DNA from: the human T2T-CHM13v2.0 reference genome, Homo sapiens
Strand: one strand, 5' to 3'
DNA length: 64,000 bases
Assembly: GCF_009914755.1 (NCBI RefSeq)
Contig: NC_060938.1
The translations under genes were made by a program, and so were the position numbers. This document shows positions 48,930 to 61,045 of the stretch, piece after piece (the stretch's first letter is position 1; every line of letters begins with the position of its first letter). The notes under the pieces are model-generated. The model was not told where the DNA came from. It ran no database searches and saw only the letters and a list, made by a program, of their open reading frames with translations.

Positions 48930-49205
48930 CCTCAGAGAGGCCTGTCTTACCCAGCCAATCTAACAAGCCATCAAACACAGCCACTGCCTGGCTGCTCTCT
49001 ACCCTGTTATTTAGCCTGATTTTAATTCACACACTTTCATCACTTAACATTATACTATCTGTGTATTTATTGTTTGCCTTCTTCTAGACCGTAGACACCA
49101 GGAGGACGGGGACAGTGTCTAAGTGGCTCTCACCGTATCCCTAGTGCCGGCACAATGTCTTTACACATCGGAGGTGTTCAGTGAACAGTTACTGAGTGAA
49201 TAAAG
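48930..49205 (+). mobile_element. L2 3'-end remnant (approximate)
   Basis: gtatccctagtgccggcaca...gtgttcagtgaacagttactgagtgaataaa. Confidence 0.6.
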
Positions 49206-49377
49206 GACTTAGCACCAACTGCCGCTCTTTTTCATGAAATTACAGAGCTTTGCTATTTCATACCCAAATACTAAAACCTACTGAGATTTTTGCAAATTTC
49301 CATCATTTATAGTTATATCCAAGGTGGATTTGAGTGAGCAGGTACATGAGGTATTTGCAGGGCCTCATTTCACTGTG

Positions 49378-49437
49378 CCAACCAGGCAGGAACTGCTCTG
49401 ATCTTTGGGAAGGGAACCACCTTATCAGTGAGTTCCA
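49378..49437 (+). CDS. TRAJ15: TCR alpha J segment 15
   Basis: RSS ggtatttgc-12-cactgtg (49350-49377); NQAGTALIFGKGTTLSVSS; gtaagt. Confidence 0.97.
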
Positions 49438-50075
49438 GTAAGTACCTGATAATTATTGATCATAGTGCTTGTACTTATCCTGTAGTCATATATTGCACAG
49501 GTGACCAAATGCCTCCTATTTCTTTGAGTTAAGGAATATTGACATTTGATGAGGAAAGCCATTTAAACACATGGGAAAATTGGATGTTGTCTCTCACCCC
49601 TAATACTCCAACCATAGCCCCTGTCCTATTCCATGCTCTTAAAAAAATTTTAATTGATAGAAGAAAGAAAGATTATCTACAAGGATATGAGCAATTTGCT
49701 AAACAGTGGTAAAACGAGATTATGTACAGGTGTTGATTCCTAGGTAAAAATGGGGGTCAGAGCTGCTATCCTTTGGCTAGTAAAACAAGATTACTTGGTG
49801 AAATTATGTAAATCTCCTCGAAAGAAATAAGTTTCAGAGTTGTCTAGAGAATATCACTTGGACTGTTCTCAGGCTTTCCACTACATCTATTGTACCACTA
49901 TGGTGCCCTGAAAAGAGGCTTTCTCAGGCTTAATTCCATGGCTTAGTCTTTATTCCAGTATCAAAAAGGGGGAATCCCAGCCAGAGCTCCCATGAGGGAG
50001 GATAGCTGCATGCTAACCACATTAATCTATTATCAAGGTAACTCGGTCATTTTTGTCAGGCAGCACAGTGCTGTG

Positions 50076-50127
50076 ATTTATAGCACATTCATCTTTGGGA
50101 GTGGGACAAGATTATCAGTAAAACCTG
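50076..50127 (+). CDS. TRAJ14: TCR alpha J segment 14
   Basis: RSS catttttgt-12-tgctgtg (50048-50075); IYSTFIFGSGTRLSVKP; gtaagt. Confidence 0.96.
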
Positions 50128-50823
50128 GTAAGTAGGCAATATGTCACTAAAGTAGGAGGCTTAATGTGGCTACTGAGACCCACTAAACTTACTGCAGTAT
50201 TTGGAAGGCCCAAGTGTCAAGAAATTAATGGTTTATGCAGACTTAAGTGGATTCCAATGAAGGAAGAAATGTTAAAGTAATGGCACAGAGGATAGAAGAG
50301 CTAGCTGTGAAAAAAAATAGCCATGTGGATGAACCAAACGCAACAGACTGAAAGAGCCTAGAGAGTTGATCCTAAAGAAAAAGGCAGAAAGTCTGGCTGA
50401 GCACTTCCAGTTCTTCTGACCTGGCTTGATTAGTGAATCTGGGCCACAGTATCTTTATCTATAAAATGAAAACATTTAATATCACCTCAGATTTTTTGTT
50501 TTAATTTTGTGGGTACATAATAGGTGTATATATTTATTTTAAAGATAAGCTAATATATGTGAAAGTATTTTGTAAATTCTTAAATGCTATCCACATGTAA
50601 AATATTATTTGTTTATAGAACAAAAAAAACTATGTCAGATTTAGAATTCTTTTAACATGAGAATTTGTAGGTTCTTAGTGAAATAGCCATTTACATGTGA
50701 TCTGTAGCCCTAGGCATTGGTAAAAAGCACTTTCTCTTCTACTGAAATATAGTGGCTCAAATGCTACCCAAATGAAAAGGGCAGGGGAAGGGAAGTCATT
50801 TTGTAAAGGCAGGCATTACAGTG

Positions 50824-50886
50824 TGAATTCTGGGGGTTACCAGAAAGTTACCTTTGGAACTGGAACAAAGCTCCAAGTCATCCCAA
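50824..50886 (+). CDS. TRAJ13: TCR alpha J segment 13
   Basis: RSS tcattttgt-12-tacagtg (50796-50823); NSGGYQKVTFGTGTKLQVIP; gtgagt. Confidence 0.97.
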
Positions 50887-51686
50887 GTGAGTCCAATTTC
50901 CTATGCTTTCCTCTTCCTTGTGTTGTCTTCTCTCAGACCGTAACATTTGGAGCACATAAAGAGATATTATGGGCCTGCTCTTTTCTGGCTGTTTCAGGAG
51001 ACTGAAAAGGATTGTATAAGAACATCCTTTAGCATGTTCTTAGTATTGTTTTGTCCAGTGTGTGTTTCTTCTTAATATCAAAAAAAACTAAGACATTGCC
51101 TGTGAAGCCAATGGAAAACAGTAGATTTGCAAAGAAAAGAACTAAAGAGAAGACAAGTGGTACTTTTTACCAAGCTTAAAGCAGAGAGGGTGTCCTTTAA
51201 TCAGAGGGATGCTTGGTTCTGGGGGCTGGATAGGACTCAGGTAAGTAACAAGGCTACCACTGAGTCACTGAGCTTCTAAAATGAGTTGACTCGGGGGAGC
51301 AGGAAGCTGCCACTCATGATGATCTGAATGCTATTCCGTGAAGTTTCAGATTGATTGAAGTTAAAATTAGGGGTGACACTATGTCAGGAATCTAAAAATT
51401 GATAACTGTAATGGAAATGAAAGAAGGGCTAGCTACATCTGTTGGATAAATGGAGTTGAAAATCATGAATTTGATGGCGACAGACCCAGAGAGTTGGGCA
51501 GGTAGAAACTTCATTTCAAGTGATATGCAGTAAATACCCCAAATTTGAGTCAAATGGCCTGTGTAAAAAGGAAGTGAAAATGTAACCCGTATCTCCTTGT
51601 AGGTGAAAAGGCCATATCTCTAGGTCTTAGGTATGAAAAGGATGTGTGGGCTTCTGGGTGTTTTTGACTGACTAAGAAACACTGTG

Positions 51687-51746
51687 GGATGGATAGCAGC
51701 TATAAATTGATCTTCGGGAGTGGGACCAGACTGCTGGTCAGGCCTG
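51687..51746 (+). CDS. TRAJ12: TCR alpha J segment 12
   Basis: RSS tgtttttga-12-cactgtg (51659-51686); MDSSYKLIFGSGTRLLVRP; gtaagt. Confidence 0.97.
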
Positions 51747-52249
51747 GTAAGTAAGGTGTCAGAGAGGCAACAGAAAGATTGAGGGTAAAATGTCTTCATG
51801 TCTCAGGAAATGATTGTATAATGCAAAATGAGCTGGAGTTTTTTAGGAGCACTGTTACTAGAGTTCTGATGTCTGGTTCTAGCAAAAGAACCCTAATATA
51901 GCTGTAATCCCTCTCTAGAAGGAACAAGGAAGAGGATTCTTCTCTGAAAGCTCCTCCTAAGATTTATCCATCCTCTGCCAAAGTGTCTTGTGGATCCAGG
52001 ATACTTACATCTTTGTTAGCAGTGCTGGCCCAACCTGCTCAGCCTCAGATCACCTATCCCTCATTTGTAAAATGAGGATAATATTTAAGCTCATGGCACA
52101 GTTGAAGCCCAAATGAGGTAGTGGAATATATGCAGATTATTAATCCATTTGGCTCATAAATGAAGGTTTTCTTTCCTTTTCCCTAAGTAGATCATGGGTT
52201 GAAATACCTAACACTGCAAATCATTTTTGTATGGGGATTTGCTATAGTG

Positions 52250-52309
52250 TGAATTCAGGATACAGCACCCTCACCTTTGGGAAGGGGACTATGCTTCTAG
52301 TCTCTCCAG
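52250..52309 (+). CDS. TRAJ11: TCR alpha J segment 11
   Basis: RSS catttttgt-12-tatagtg (52222-52249); NSGYSTLTFGKGTMLLVSP; weak donor CAG|gtacat. Confidence 0.97.
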
Positions 52310-52914
52310 GTACATGTTGACCCCATCCCACCCATGTTTTCCCCTTATCTGGTTTAAGGCTTCCATATGTATTGCGTGTTATCCTCATGGATTTCATCAT
52401 CCTTGTTTTATTATCAATGTTCTGTGAATTTAAGATTGAGCCTCCATGGACTCTTCATTTAAAAATGAAAATAGCTAATAGAAGAGTTGGAAATAACAGT
52501 AGAACTAATTCACTAGGTCAGGATGGAGAAGGGAGTAATACCCTAGACAATTAGGACAAACGTGGTTTTTCCAGAAATAGACTCACTTCCTGTTTAAAGC
52601 CTAGACTGTGGTCTCTCCCCGGGCACCCTTCACATTCCTCTAACCCTCCATATCCCAAATTTAGCTGTGGAATCTTAGACAATCTGTGACCTATGCAGCT
52701 ACAGAAATCTTTTCTTACTGAGAATATCTGCCTATTTGAACCAAAAGATCCTTGAGAATAGACAGTCTCTAATATTCCATGAAGTGTCTGATATGGTCCT
52801 TTTACAAAAGTAAATACTTGATAAATTCTTGCTTAATTGAAGTTAAACACCCAAAGAAATCAGGTTTCCAGGCCAAAGGGAAGAAGAAAATTAAGCAAAT
52901 GACACAGTACATTT

Positions 52915-53065
52915 GAGCGTGTAGTGGGGAGGAAGAAATGCTAGATTGGGATTCAAATAGAGCCATGTTTTGGTCTCTGCTGCCAACTAGCAATGTAACT
53001 TAGACCAGATCTCTTGCCTCTAAGCCTCAGTTTCTTTATCTGTAAATGGGGAAGTGGGTCCAATG
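52915..53065 (+). mobile_element. MIR remnant (approximate)
   Basis: gcctcagtttctttatctgtaaatgggg. Confidence 0.65.
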
Positions 53066-53244
53066 GCCTCTTTGGCCTCTTAGTACAAAAAGTCTATGAA
53101 TGTATCCCATTTGGGGCACTTTTTTCTCCTAGGAGTAACTCAATAGCTATTTTAAAGCTTGAGTGTTTTCTAACTCATTAGAGCACATCAAGAAGAGGGG
53201 TGAAGTGACAAAAGGGAGTTTATTGTGAGGCATCAAACACTGTG

Positions 53245-53308
53245 ATACTCACGGGAGGAGGAAACAAACTCACCTTTGGGACAGGCACTCAGCTAAAAGT
53301 GGAACTCA
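53245..53308 (+). CDS. TRAJ10: TCR alpha J segment 10
   Basis: RSS agtttattg-12-cactgtg (53217-53244); ILTGGGNKLTFGTGTQLKVEL; gtaagt. Confidence 0.97.
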
Positions 53309-54074
53309 GTAAGTATGAGATTCTATGGTAATTACAAAATGTATTCTGGTGACAATAAGTGGAAGAAAAGGTGATGTAATTTTTGTCATTGTATCTTATT
53401 TTTAATCTATTACTGAAGCATTAAGAATTGTGACATCCAGATAAATTAGTGAAAGTATTCAAAGGCTATATAAGCATGCTTTCTTTAGGGTGGAATTTAG
53501 CTAACCACTAAGACTTTTTCCAAGATATGAGATTTTCAGCTCTCTTCAACGTGAGAGTTTTTAATACTAGTATTAAGCTAAACGATGCTCAATGGAAGAA
53601 AAGAGCTAGAAGAGCAGAAAATTGCACCGTCATGATCAAATAGATCCTTTCTACTTCCACTGCCATGGACTCAGTGATGCATTTAGAAGAGGGTATTCAA
53701 GGTCATTTTAGCCATGCCCCAAAAAAACCACTCCCAATTCATTCCAGAGATTGTGCCCCCTTATGCTAAACATCATCCAAGAAGAGTCAGTGAAGTACAG
53801 AGAAAGGAACCCAGGGCTTCTTGTTTCGGTCCAGAGTTCTAGGTTTGATTTGGTCCCAACTGGATGTGTGATATTGGAACGAGTCATTGCCCCTCTCTGC
53901 ACCTCAGACTCCTCCAGTGGATGAGGGGGTCAAAGCCCTCAAAATCTGTTGTTCTGGGATTTCGCTATTATACCACCCGAGAGTTTATAGGACTCGAGAG
54001 TATGGAATCTTGTGAGTATTTCATAAACAAATTCTATGACCCTCAGGAAATAGCCCTGTTAATCAACAACCTAA

Positions 54075-54295
54075 CTTAACATAGAAATAATAACCACCAT
54101 CTCAGTCCCTACCATGTTTAGATACGATGCTAGATGCATGACATGTAGAATTGTTCATCTGAAATAACTCTGTGAGGTAAGGGGAAGTATCTTATTTTAC
54201 AAAAGAAGAAACTGAGGCTCAGAGAAGGAAGTGCCCAAGATCCCAAAGCTAGTAAGTAAAGGGCCTAAATTTAAACTTGGGTCTGCCTGCCTGAC
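54075..54295 (-). mobile_element. MIR remnant (approximate)
   Basis: attttacaaaagaagaaactgaggctcagaga. Confidence 0.65.
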
Positions 54296-54315
54296 TAAAA
54301 AGCCCTGCTCTTTCT

Positions 54316-54501
54316 TTTTTTTTATTTTATTTTATTTATTTATTTATTTATTTCTGAGACAGAGTCTTGCTCTGTCACCCAGGCTGGAGTGCAGTGCAGT
54401 CTCAGCTCACTGCAGCCTCTGCCTCCCAGGTTCAAGCGATTCGATTCTCCTGCCTCAGCCTCCCAAGTAGCTGGGGTTACAGGCATGCGCCACCACACCT
54501 G
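54316..54501 (-). mobile_element. 5'-truncated Alu (right arm only)
   Basis: Right monomer plus tail; TSD aaagccctgctctttct on both sides. Confidence 0.92.
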
Positions 54502-55301
54502 AAAGCCCTGCTCTTTCTACTGCATGATGTCGTAGAGCTTGTGCTCTAGTTTACTTAGAAATGAGAGGTGATGCCAATCACAGTGACTGGTGAAATGCTT
54601 GGAATTTATCTTTTCTACTTTAGATATTGCTGTGAGTTAGAGAGGGTGCTTCGGGAAATCTTGACATGGATGCCCCAAGTGTCTAAAGAGTTCTCCTCCC
54701 CTTTCAATGACAAAACAAAGTACAGAGTTGCTGGGAGCATTTACCCCAATAGGGAGAAAAGAGAGGGGAGCTGGCTGCAGCCACTCCCTTGTTCTGACTG
54801 TCCCTTTCCTTCGCTGTTTCTTGTATTTTCCCCAGGCAGACCAGCCACCAATATAACTGATCTACAAGAGCCTGACTCCTTTGTGAGTTATAGAGAAATG
54901 CAGGGTGAAGGCACTTTGCACATAGAACTTTAGCTCTGAGAGACAGCCTCAAAATATCTAGTTCACCCCTCTTTATTTTCCCAATAAGGAAATTAAGACC
55001 CAGAGAGGTTGGCTGAATTGTCTAAGGTCAGTGCGAACTAGGGCTGGGACTAGAACCTGGAGATCCTGGTCCTGGGGCCATATTCTGTGACTGCTGTTTG
55101 GTGAACTAAACTTCTGATAGGTAGGAAGTGTGAGTTATGCTCATAAACAGGAAAAACAAATAGGTTTTACAAGGGGAGTATAAAAATGTCCTCCTTATTA
55201 CTAGCACCTTAGTATAGGCTCCCTAGACCTGCTCCCCAGCTGTGGTGTAAAAATGGAAGGAGAAGGAAATGGCCCATTTTGTCGCAGTGCAAATCACTGT
55301 G

Positions 55302-55362
55302 GGAAATACTGGAGGCTTCAAAACTATCTTTGGAGCAGGAACAAGACTATTTGTTAAAGCAA
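55302..55362 (+). CDS. TRAJ9: TCR alpha J segment 9
   Basis: RSS ccattttgt-12-cactgtg (55274-55301); GNTGGFKTIFGAGTRLFVKA; gtaagt. Confidence 0.97.
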
Positions 55363-55892
55363 GTAAGTTCCATGAAATAACCTGATTTATATTACAGTTG
55401 AAGAACATCTGTTTTCATTGATTTTTTTCTTTTTAGGGGGAAGGGGACATAGTTTTGTCTGCCAGTTAAATTAGAAGATACATTGGCAATAATAATGTTG
55501 CACTGTACATTATCCATGGGCATCACTCTTGCAAGAAACATGTATAATAACAAACAGTTAAGTGTGGATGGATAAAACTTCCCTAGGTCCTATCTAGAAC
55601 TGAAACTCTGTAATTATATTAATAACTTTTTTAACTTGAATATTAGTGACATTTTTATATAACCCAAGGTATACAAAGCAGAATCTTCAGTTGGGTTCTA
55701 TCTGATTTGTTGTCATCTTCCAATGGTCTTAGGAAAATTAAGGTTAAATAGTAAGATTAGATGCCTCCTACCACTTTGGTACATGCATGCAGACATAGAA
55801 ACACCCTTAGTAACTAACTTGCATGTGACTTGGCAATCCTAGGCTATGGCCCAGTGACAGGGTCCCATTTTGTACAGAGTTATGTCAGAGTG

Positions 55893-55952
55893 TGAACACA
55901 GGCTTTCAGAAACTTGTATTTGGAACTGGCACCCGACTTCTGGTCAGTCCAA
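55893..55952 (+). CDS. TRAJ8: TCR alpha J segment 8
   Basis: RSS ccattttgt-12-cagagtg (55865-55892); NTGFQKLVFGTGTRLLVSP; gtaagt. Confidence 0.97.
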
Positions 55953-56923
55953 GTAAGTCAAATCTGCAGAAATGTGTAGCCCTATCCTCAATATTGGGCA
56001 TATATGGATATAATTATTCTGGTCTATAATAGATTATTATTACTACTATTTTGTTCTTATTAATCATAACAATGCTGCTAATTTCAAATATACATTTTCT
56101 GCCATATTATTATTTTTACCTTTAAGGAGAATTATTGTCAAGATATCAGGAGGGAAATATTTGAATTTCCTTTGAGTCAAGTTTCTTATTTGTTCGTCAG
56201 TTCCCACCTCTCTGCTGAGGGTCATATGAACCTCACGATGTTTTGGTTTTTATACCGCCTTCTTATTATCTCTCTTAGAAATGCTTCCTTGGTTTTTCCT
56301 TGCCTAAGCACTTAGATTTTGCAGCTCACATTTACCCAGAGTATACTTAGCTTTTAACCTCTCCCAAAACTGGCCTCCCTGTCCCAATAATTATGCACAG
56401 TAAAAGTCAGTTCAATTCAGTAAATGATTATTGAGTATCATCAACAAACCAGGGAATCATCATTGGTTTTAAAAGAAAGAAACAAAGAAAAGAATTTTTA
56501 AAACCCTAAGCTATCTTAGGCTTCTGATCTCAAGAACTTCCAGTCTTATCAGAGAAACTAAGCACTCATAATAAAAAGTCTAACAAAAATTTATATGTGT
56601 ATGTGCCAAGATAGGGGGGTGGGTTTCCTGAGGGCTGGAGACAGGACAGGTATGACCATGCACAGCCGCATTCTTTGGCAGAGAACACACATGATTCCCC
56701 CAAATATGTTTCTGGAAACGGAATTGAGTCTGTTCTGTGCTGAGATCTTTGACTTTCTTGAGGACAAAAGCCCCCTTGGCAGTTAGCATCCTTGAGCGGG
56801 GGTGAGGACAGAAACAGGAATGAGTCAGGCGTGAGTCACCCAAGACTCTCACTCAGCCCCAAGAGGATGGAGTGACTCTGAGTCATGCCGAGGCATGTCT
56901 TTAGCATGTGCTCCAGCACAGTG

Positions 56924-56986
56924 TGCATTTATGGCAAGGTGAAAAATACATTTTTGCACATGTCACTAGGAAAATGGTACCTTCTT
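56924..56986 (+). pseudogene. Putative unnamed vestigial TRAJ relic between TRAJ8 and TRAJ7
   Basis: tgtctttag-12-cacagtg then 63 nt HLWQGEKYIFAHVTRKMVPS; donor lost. Confidence 0.55.
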
Positions 56987-57369
56987 CTCAGGCATGGCAG
57001 ATGAAGTAGGAAAATGCCCGCCTGCTCTCTGGTATCTTTAGAAATACTCACACCCATCCAGCCTATGTAGGATACAATGTTTTTCATGAAGTTTTATGAA
57101 GATTCTGTTTTTCCCAAAGGAGAAATAGCCAAAGCTGTGTTTATTGATAGCTGTGATGAGGAAAATGAAGGCCAACAGGTAGCAGTGGGGTCTGGTGCTG
57201 TTTATACCTTTTAGGGAGGTTCCTTCAAGTCTTCATACCACCCATTACAAGGAAAACTTTAGCATCCGCCTTTCAGGGTTTCCAGATCTTAGAGCTACTG
57301 TGAAGGGGATGTGTCTTCAGAGAAGGGGTGGGCAAAACCAGGAGGTTTTTGTAATACACTTACACAGTG

Positions 57370-57428
57370 TGACTATGGGAACAACAGACTCGCTTTTGGG
57401 AAGGGGAACCAAGTGGTGGTCATACCAA
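57370..57428 (+). CDS. TRAJ7: TCR alpha J segment 7
   Basis: Nonamer ggtttttgt 57344-57352, heptamer cacagtg 57363-57369; DYGNNRLAFGKGNQVVVIP; gtaagt. Confidence 0.96.
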
Positions 57429-58819
57429 GTAAGTGAGCTGGGATCCTCCTGCACAAATGGCCACAGCCACCCCCATCGCTACCCTGTGCTGGAGAGCCTC
57501 TTATCATATTTCCATGGGAGCGGGGGAAGGACATGCCATTCATCAGTGCTATATCGAAGAACCTTAGGCGGCCACTGTCCCAAATCTTTGCCTGTCCCTG
57601 GTTTCTTTCACTCTCCCCTTCTCTGCATCTCCACTGACCACACTCCCATTCTCATGTAAGCTGCCCCTGATCTTCCCTGAGGCTGGATTTCAGATTGAAC
57701 AAAGGACCACAGAAGTGAGAGCTGGAGGGGACCGTGGGGACATCTTGCTCATGTTGCAGAGGGACCTGATGCCAGGGTCTAGCATCTGTCCAAGACCGTG
57801 CTGATGGTCAGTGCACAGCAGTGGAGGGGCCCCAGCCCTTTACTCCCACCCTGAGTTTGGTGGAGCCACACACTCTTTGCTAAGTGACCCTCAAACCCAG
57901 TGTGAGATAAGCTGAGTGTTGACAGTGCCCACCTGCTAGGCAACCAAGTACTGAGTTCCTGCCCCAGCTCAGGACTGTGGCGCAGGCCATGACCTCCCTG
58001 AGCCTCAGTTTTCATATCTCTGAAGTAGACAGCATGGTCTCTGTTTCCTCCCATCTTTCAAAAATTCTATGGAAATTATTGTGACTTTTTTCTCTGTAAT
58101 TGTAGGGTTTCACAGAGGCAGGGCCTTGTCTGAGTCAAGGTCATTAGAAATAAAGGAATCCAAGGGCTTTGGATGCCTTGGCCTAATTCTAGGTGGTAAA
58201 GAGGGAAGGATGAAAGCACAAATCACAGGAAGTGCCTAAATCCTGCTTGGATTTAGTGTTGCCTCAAACAGGGATATGCAGAAATCCAACCCCAGGGTCT
58301 CCCATAGGAAGAAGACTAGGAGTGGGAAGTGCCAAAGAGCTCTGGAAAGGAAAAGAGAACAAGGAGCACTCTGAGAAAAGGAGGTCAGAACAGCTTCAGG
58401 AAAAACGTCACATAAAATTTCCTTTGCTCTCTGTCCTCGCAGCACTTTCAGAAGCTCCTTGCATCTGACTAAAGAGTAGCAGAGCCAGACCCTCAGAATG
58501 TCTGCCCCAAGCAAGCAGAGTGTGGTGTTTGTATTGGGGTGCTGGGAGCAGACATGGGGAGTTGCTGCCCTGCTTCTCTGCTGATGGGAAGGTGGTATTT
58601 TCCCCTGGGTACACGGGGGCCAAAGAGCTCTCCAGTCCCCAGCCCCTGGCTCCCGCCCCTGGGCTCCAGCACTCGGGGGCTCTAAGGACAGCAGTAGGAG
58701 ACTTTCTACAACTCAGAGAGTATTCAGGAGGGTTTCCCAGGATGTTGCCCAATACCATGGGGCAATTGGTAGAGGGAGGTCACATGAAACAGGTTTTATC
58801 AAAGGCTGTCCTCACTGTG

Positions 58820-58881
58820 TGCATCAGGAGGAAGCTACATACCTACATTTGGAAGAGGAACCAGCCTTATTGTTCATCCGT
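58820..58881 (+). CDS. TRAJ6: TCR alpha J segment 6
   Basis: RSS ggttttatc-12-cactgtg (58792-58819); ASGGSYIPTFGRGTSLIVHP; gtaagt. Confidence 0.97.
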
Positions 58882-59384
58882 GTAAGTATTATAGAAATGA
58901 TCAAGGGAAATTTTGCAGACAGATTATATTATGGAAGGATACTGTAGTAGTGAGAGTTTGTGTTGTGATCTATTCCATCATTAAAGGAGTCCTTTGTTGC
59001 CTGGGAGTAACTATCAGTGTCAGGTCTGATGAGATGATTGAGGCTGTGCCGGACAAGGGTTTTGCACAATGATTTCAGAGGACAAATCCCCAAGTTGTGA
59101 AAAAAGACTTCACTCTTGGTTAGGTTTCTAAAACAGAACTTTCTTCTTGGCAACCAAGGGGTCTACTCTGCCCCCTCACTCCTATGTCTCTTCCACCTGA
59201 GACTCTGTCACCACCTCCCCTAGAATCCGTGAGATACCTTCCCCTGAATTAGAGCATACCAGCCAGGGTGCTGAGGCACTCTGTGGTACTGGAATGGATG
59301 GTACAGGGATGCGTTTCTGGGCTTCTGGCTGCAAGAAGCCTCATCCTTTCCCCCAGTGTAAAGCATTGCTGGGAATCATCCCAT

Positions 59385-59625
59385 TATGAGCTACTATTTA
59401 CTGAATGCCTGACACGTACCAGTGGCCATTCTCTTGTCTTTTATGTAATCCTCATTCAGTGATTACACACATCCTAATAATAGGTAGCCGATATTTTGCC
59501 CATTTTACAGGTGAGGAAACAGAGGCTTGGGATAAGTAAATTATCCAAGATTATATAGCCACGAATGACAGAGCTAGAGTTTAACTCAAATCTGTTTGAC
59601 TCTAGGGCCTTGTTATTAACCGTGC
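59385..59625 (-). mobile_element. MIR remnant (approximate)
   Basis: cccattttacaggtgaggaaacagaggctt. Confidence 0.7.
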
Positions 59626-59993
59626 CACCACCATGCCTCCTGCATTCTGTGAAGGAAGACTTCACACCTCAAAGGCCATCTGTTTGGCCTTTGGTTTGCC
59701 CATCCTGAGCCTTCTTACCATAGCGACCATGGCATGGTGACTCAGCACTTCTGAAGAGATCAGCAGAGTCATTGGGTTGGGTGGCAGAATACAGGTATGG
59801 CAGGGAGGGAAGGAGAAACTTAGGGGGACTGTTTATTGCGCATACAGTTAGAGAGAAAGAAAAATGTATCATCAAACCATAGAATAGGCTGCTTAAAAGT
59901 TTTTCTCCCAAGAAACTGTGAGTGTATGAGGGTCATGGGCAGCTGCCCCCAGCTGGCAGAGGGCAGGATTTTGTACTGTGATGTACCAGGGTG

Positions 59994-60053
59994 TGGACAC
60001 GGGCAGGAGAGCACTTACTTTTGGGAGTGGAACAAGACTCCAAGTGCAACCAA
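59994..60053 (+). CDS. TRAJ5: TCR alpha J segment 5
   Basis: RSS ggattttgt-12-cagggtg (59966-59993); DTGRRALTFGSGTRLQVQP; gtaagt. Confidence 0.97.
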
Positions 60054-60644
60054 GTAAGTACCCAAACTTAGGCTCTGGCCAAAGACACAGAAAGGCCCTA
60101 CTCTGCTTTCTTAGATGATGAATCTGTACTTCCTGAACTAATTTTTCATGTTTCTTTATGAGGCTTGAATATCTTGAAATTTTAATTCCTAGCCACTAGC
60201 TTAATAGTCTGTTTTCTAACGGTAGTATTTGCCAATGGGAATTGGCCATTTCATCATTGCAGAGACAGATTCCTTTGAGACAAAAGATCTTTATCAGAAA
60301 AGAAACTGTGACTGATTATGCCAAAAGATTTATTTTTGTTCCATTTAGTTTTCATGAAAGGTGATGAATTATGCTTCCCAAAGACTCTGGGCATTGGACA
60401 CACTTTCTCAAAACTGCACATCCAATTGAGAGATATAGGAAGAACTTAGAGCCTAAATAATGCCATAAAAATAATAAAAAGTTTGTAAAAAGGAACCATA
60501 TAGAAATTAAAGAAGAAATGAAATAGTCTTAATGAAAGAAGATAACAGAACTGCATTAGAAACGAATGGAAATATTTAGAGGGTTTATGTATTCAACAAA
60601 TATTTATTGGACAATTATTTTATTCCAAGCACTATGTTAAGTGT

Positions 60645-60790
60645 GAGGAAGGGAATGGGAGGGAAGGGAAGGGAAGGAAAGGAAAGAAAGGAGAGGAAGT
60701 AGAGGAAGGACCGGGAGGGAGGGAAGAAGGAAGAAAAGGAGGAAAGGAGGGAAGGAGGGAGGTTCTCTTTCATCCAGGGAAGGAGGGAGA
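60645..60790. repeat. GA-rich low-complexity polypurine tract
   Basis: Direct reading; (GGAA/GGGA)n-like. Confidence 0.9.
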
Positions 60791-60924
60791 GTCTCTGCCA
60801 TCTGGGAGCTCAGAGTGCAAACAGACAACTATAGCCTATTGTCACCACGTCATAGTGGAGGTACATGCAAGTTGCAATGGAAGCACAACAGAAGACATGA
60901 CTAGCCTCCAATTCTCATTGCCTG

Positions 60925-61045
60925 GTACATACACACATCCTCCACTATACCTTAAGCTCCATGAGGGCAGGACCCTTTTTCATCCTCACAGCTCTACAGC
61001 TCAGCACAATGCCTGGCACATAGGTGTCACCAAACAAATGATTGT
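60925..61045 (+). mobile_element. L2 3'-end remnant (approximate)
   Basis: taagctccatgagggcaggacc...cagcacaatgcctggcacataggtg. Confidence 0.7.

Noticed and set aside
57195-57659. 154-aa ORF spanning TRAJ7
   Set aside because: Out of frame with the J, no recognisable domain; chance ORF.
59057-59140. Nonamer-like gggttttgc followed by FTLG*VSK
   Set aside because: No GTG-ending heptamer at 12 bp and no donor.
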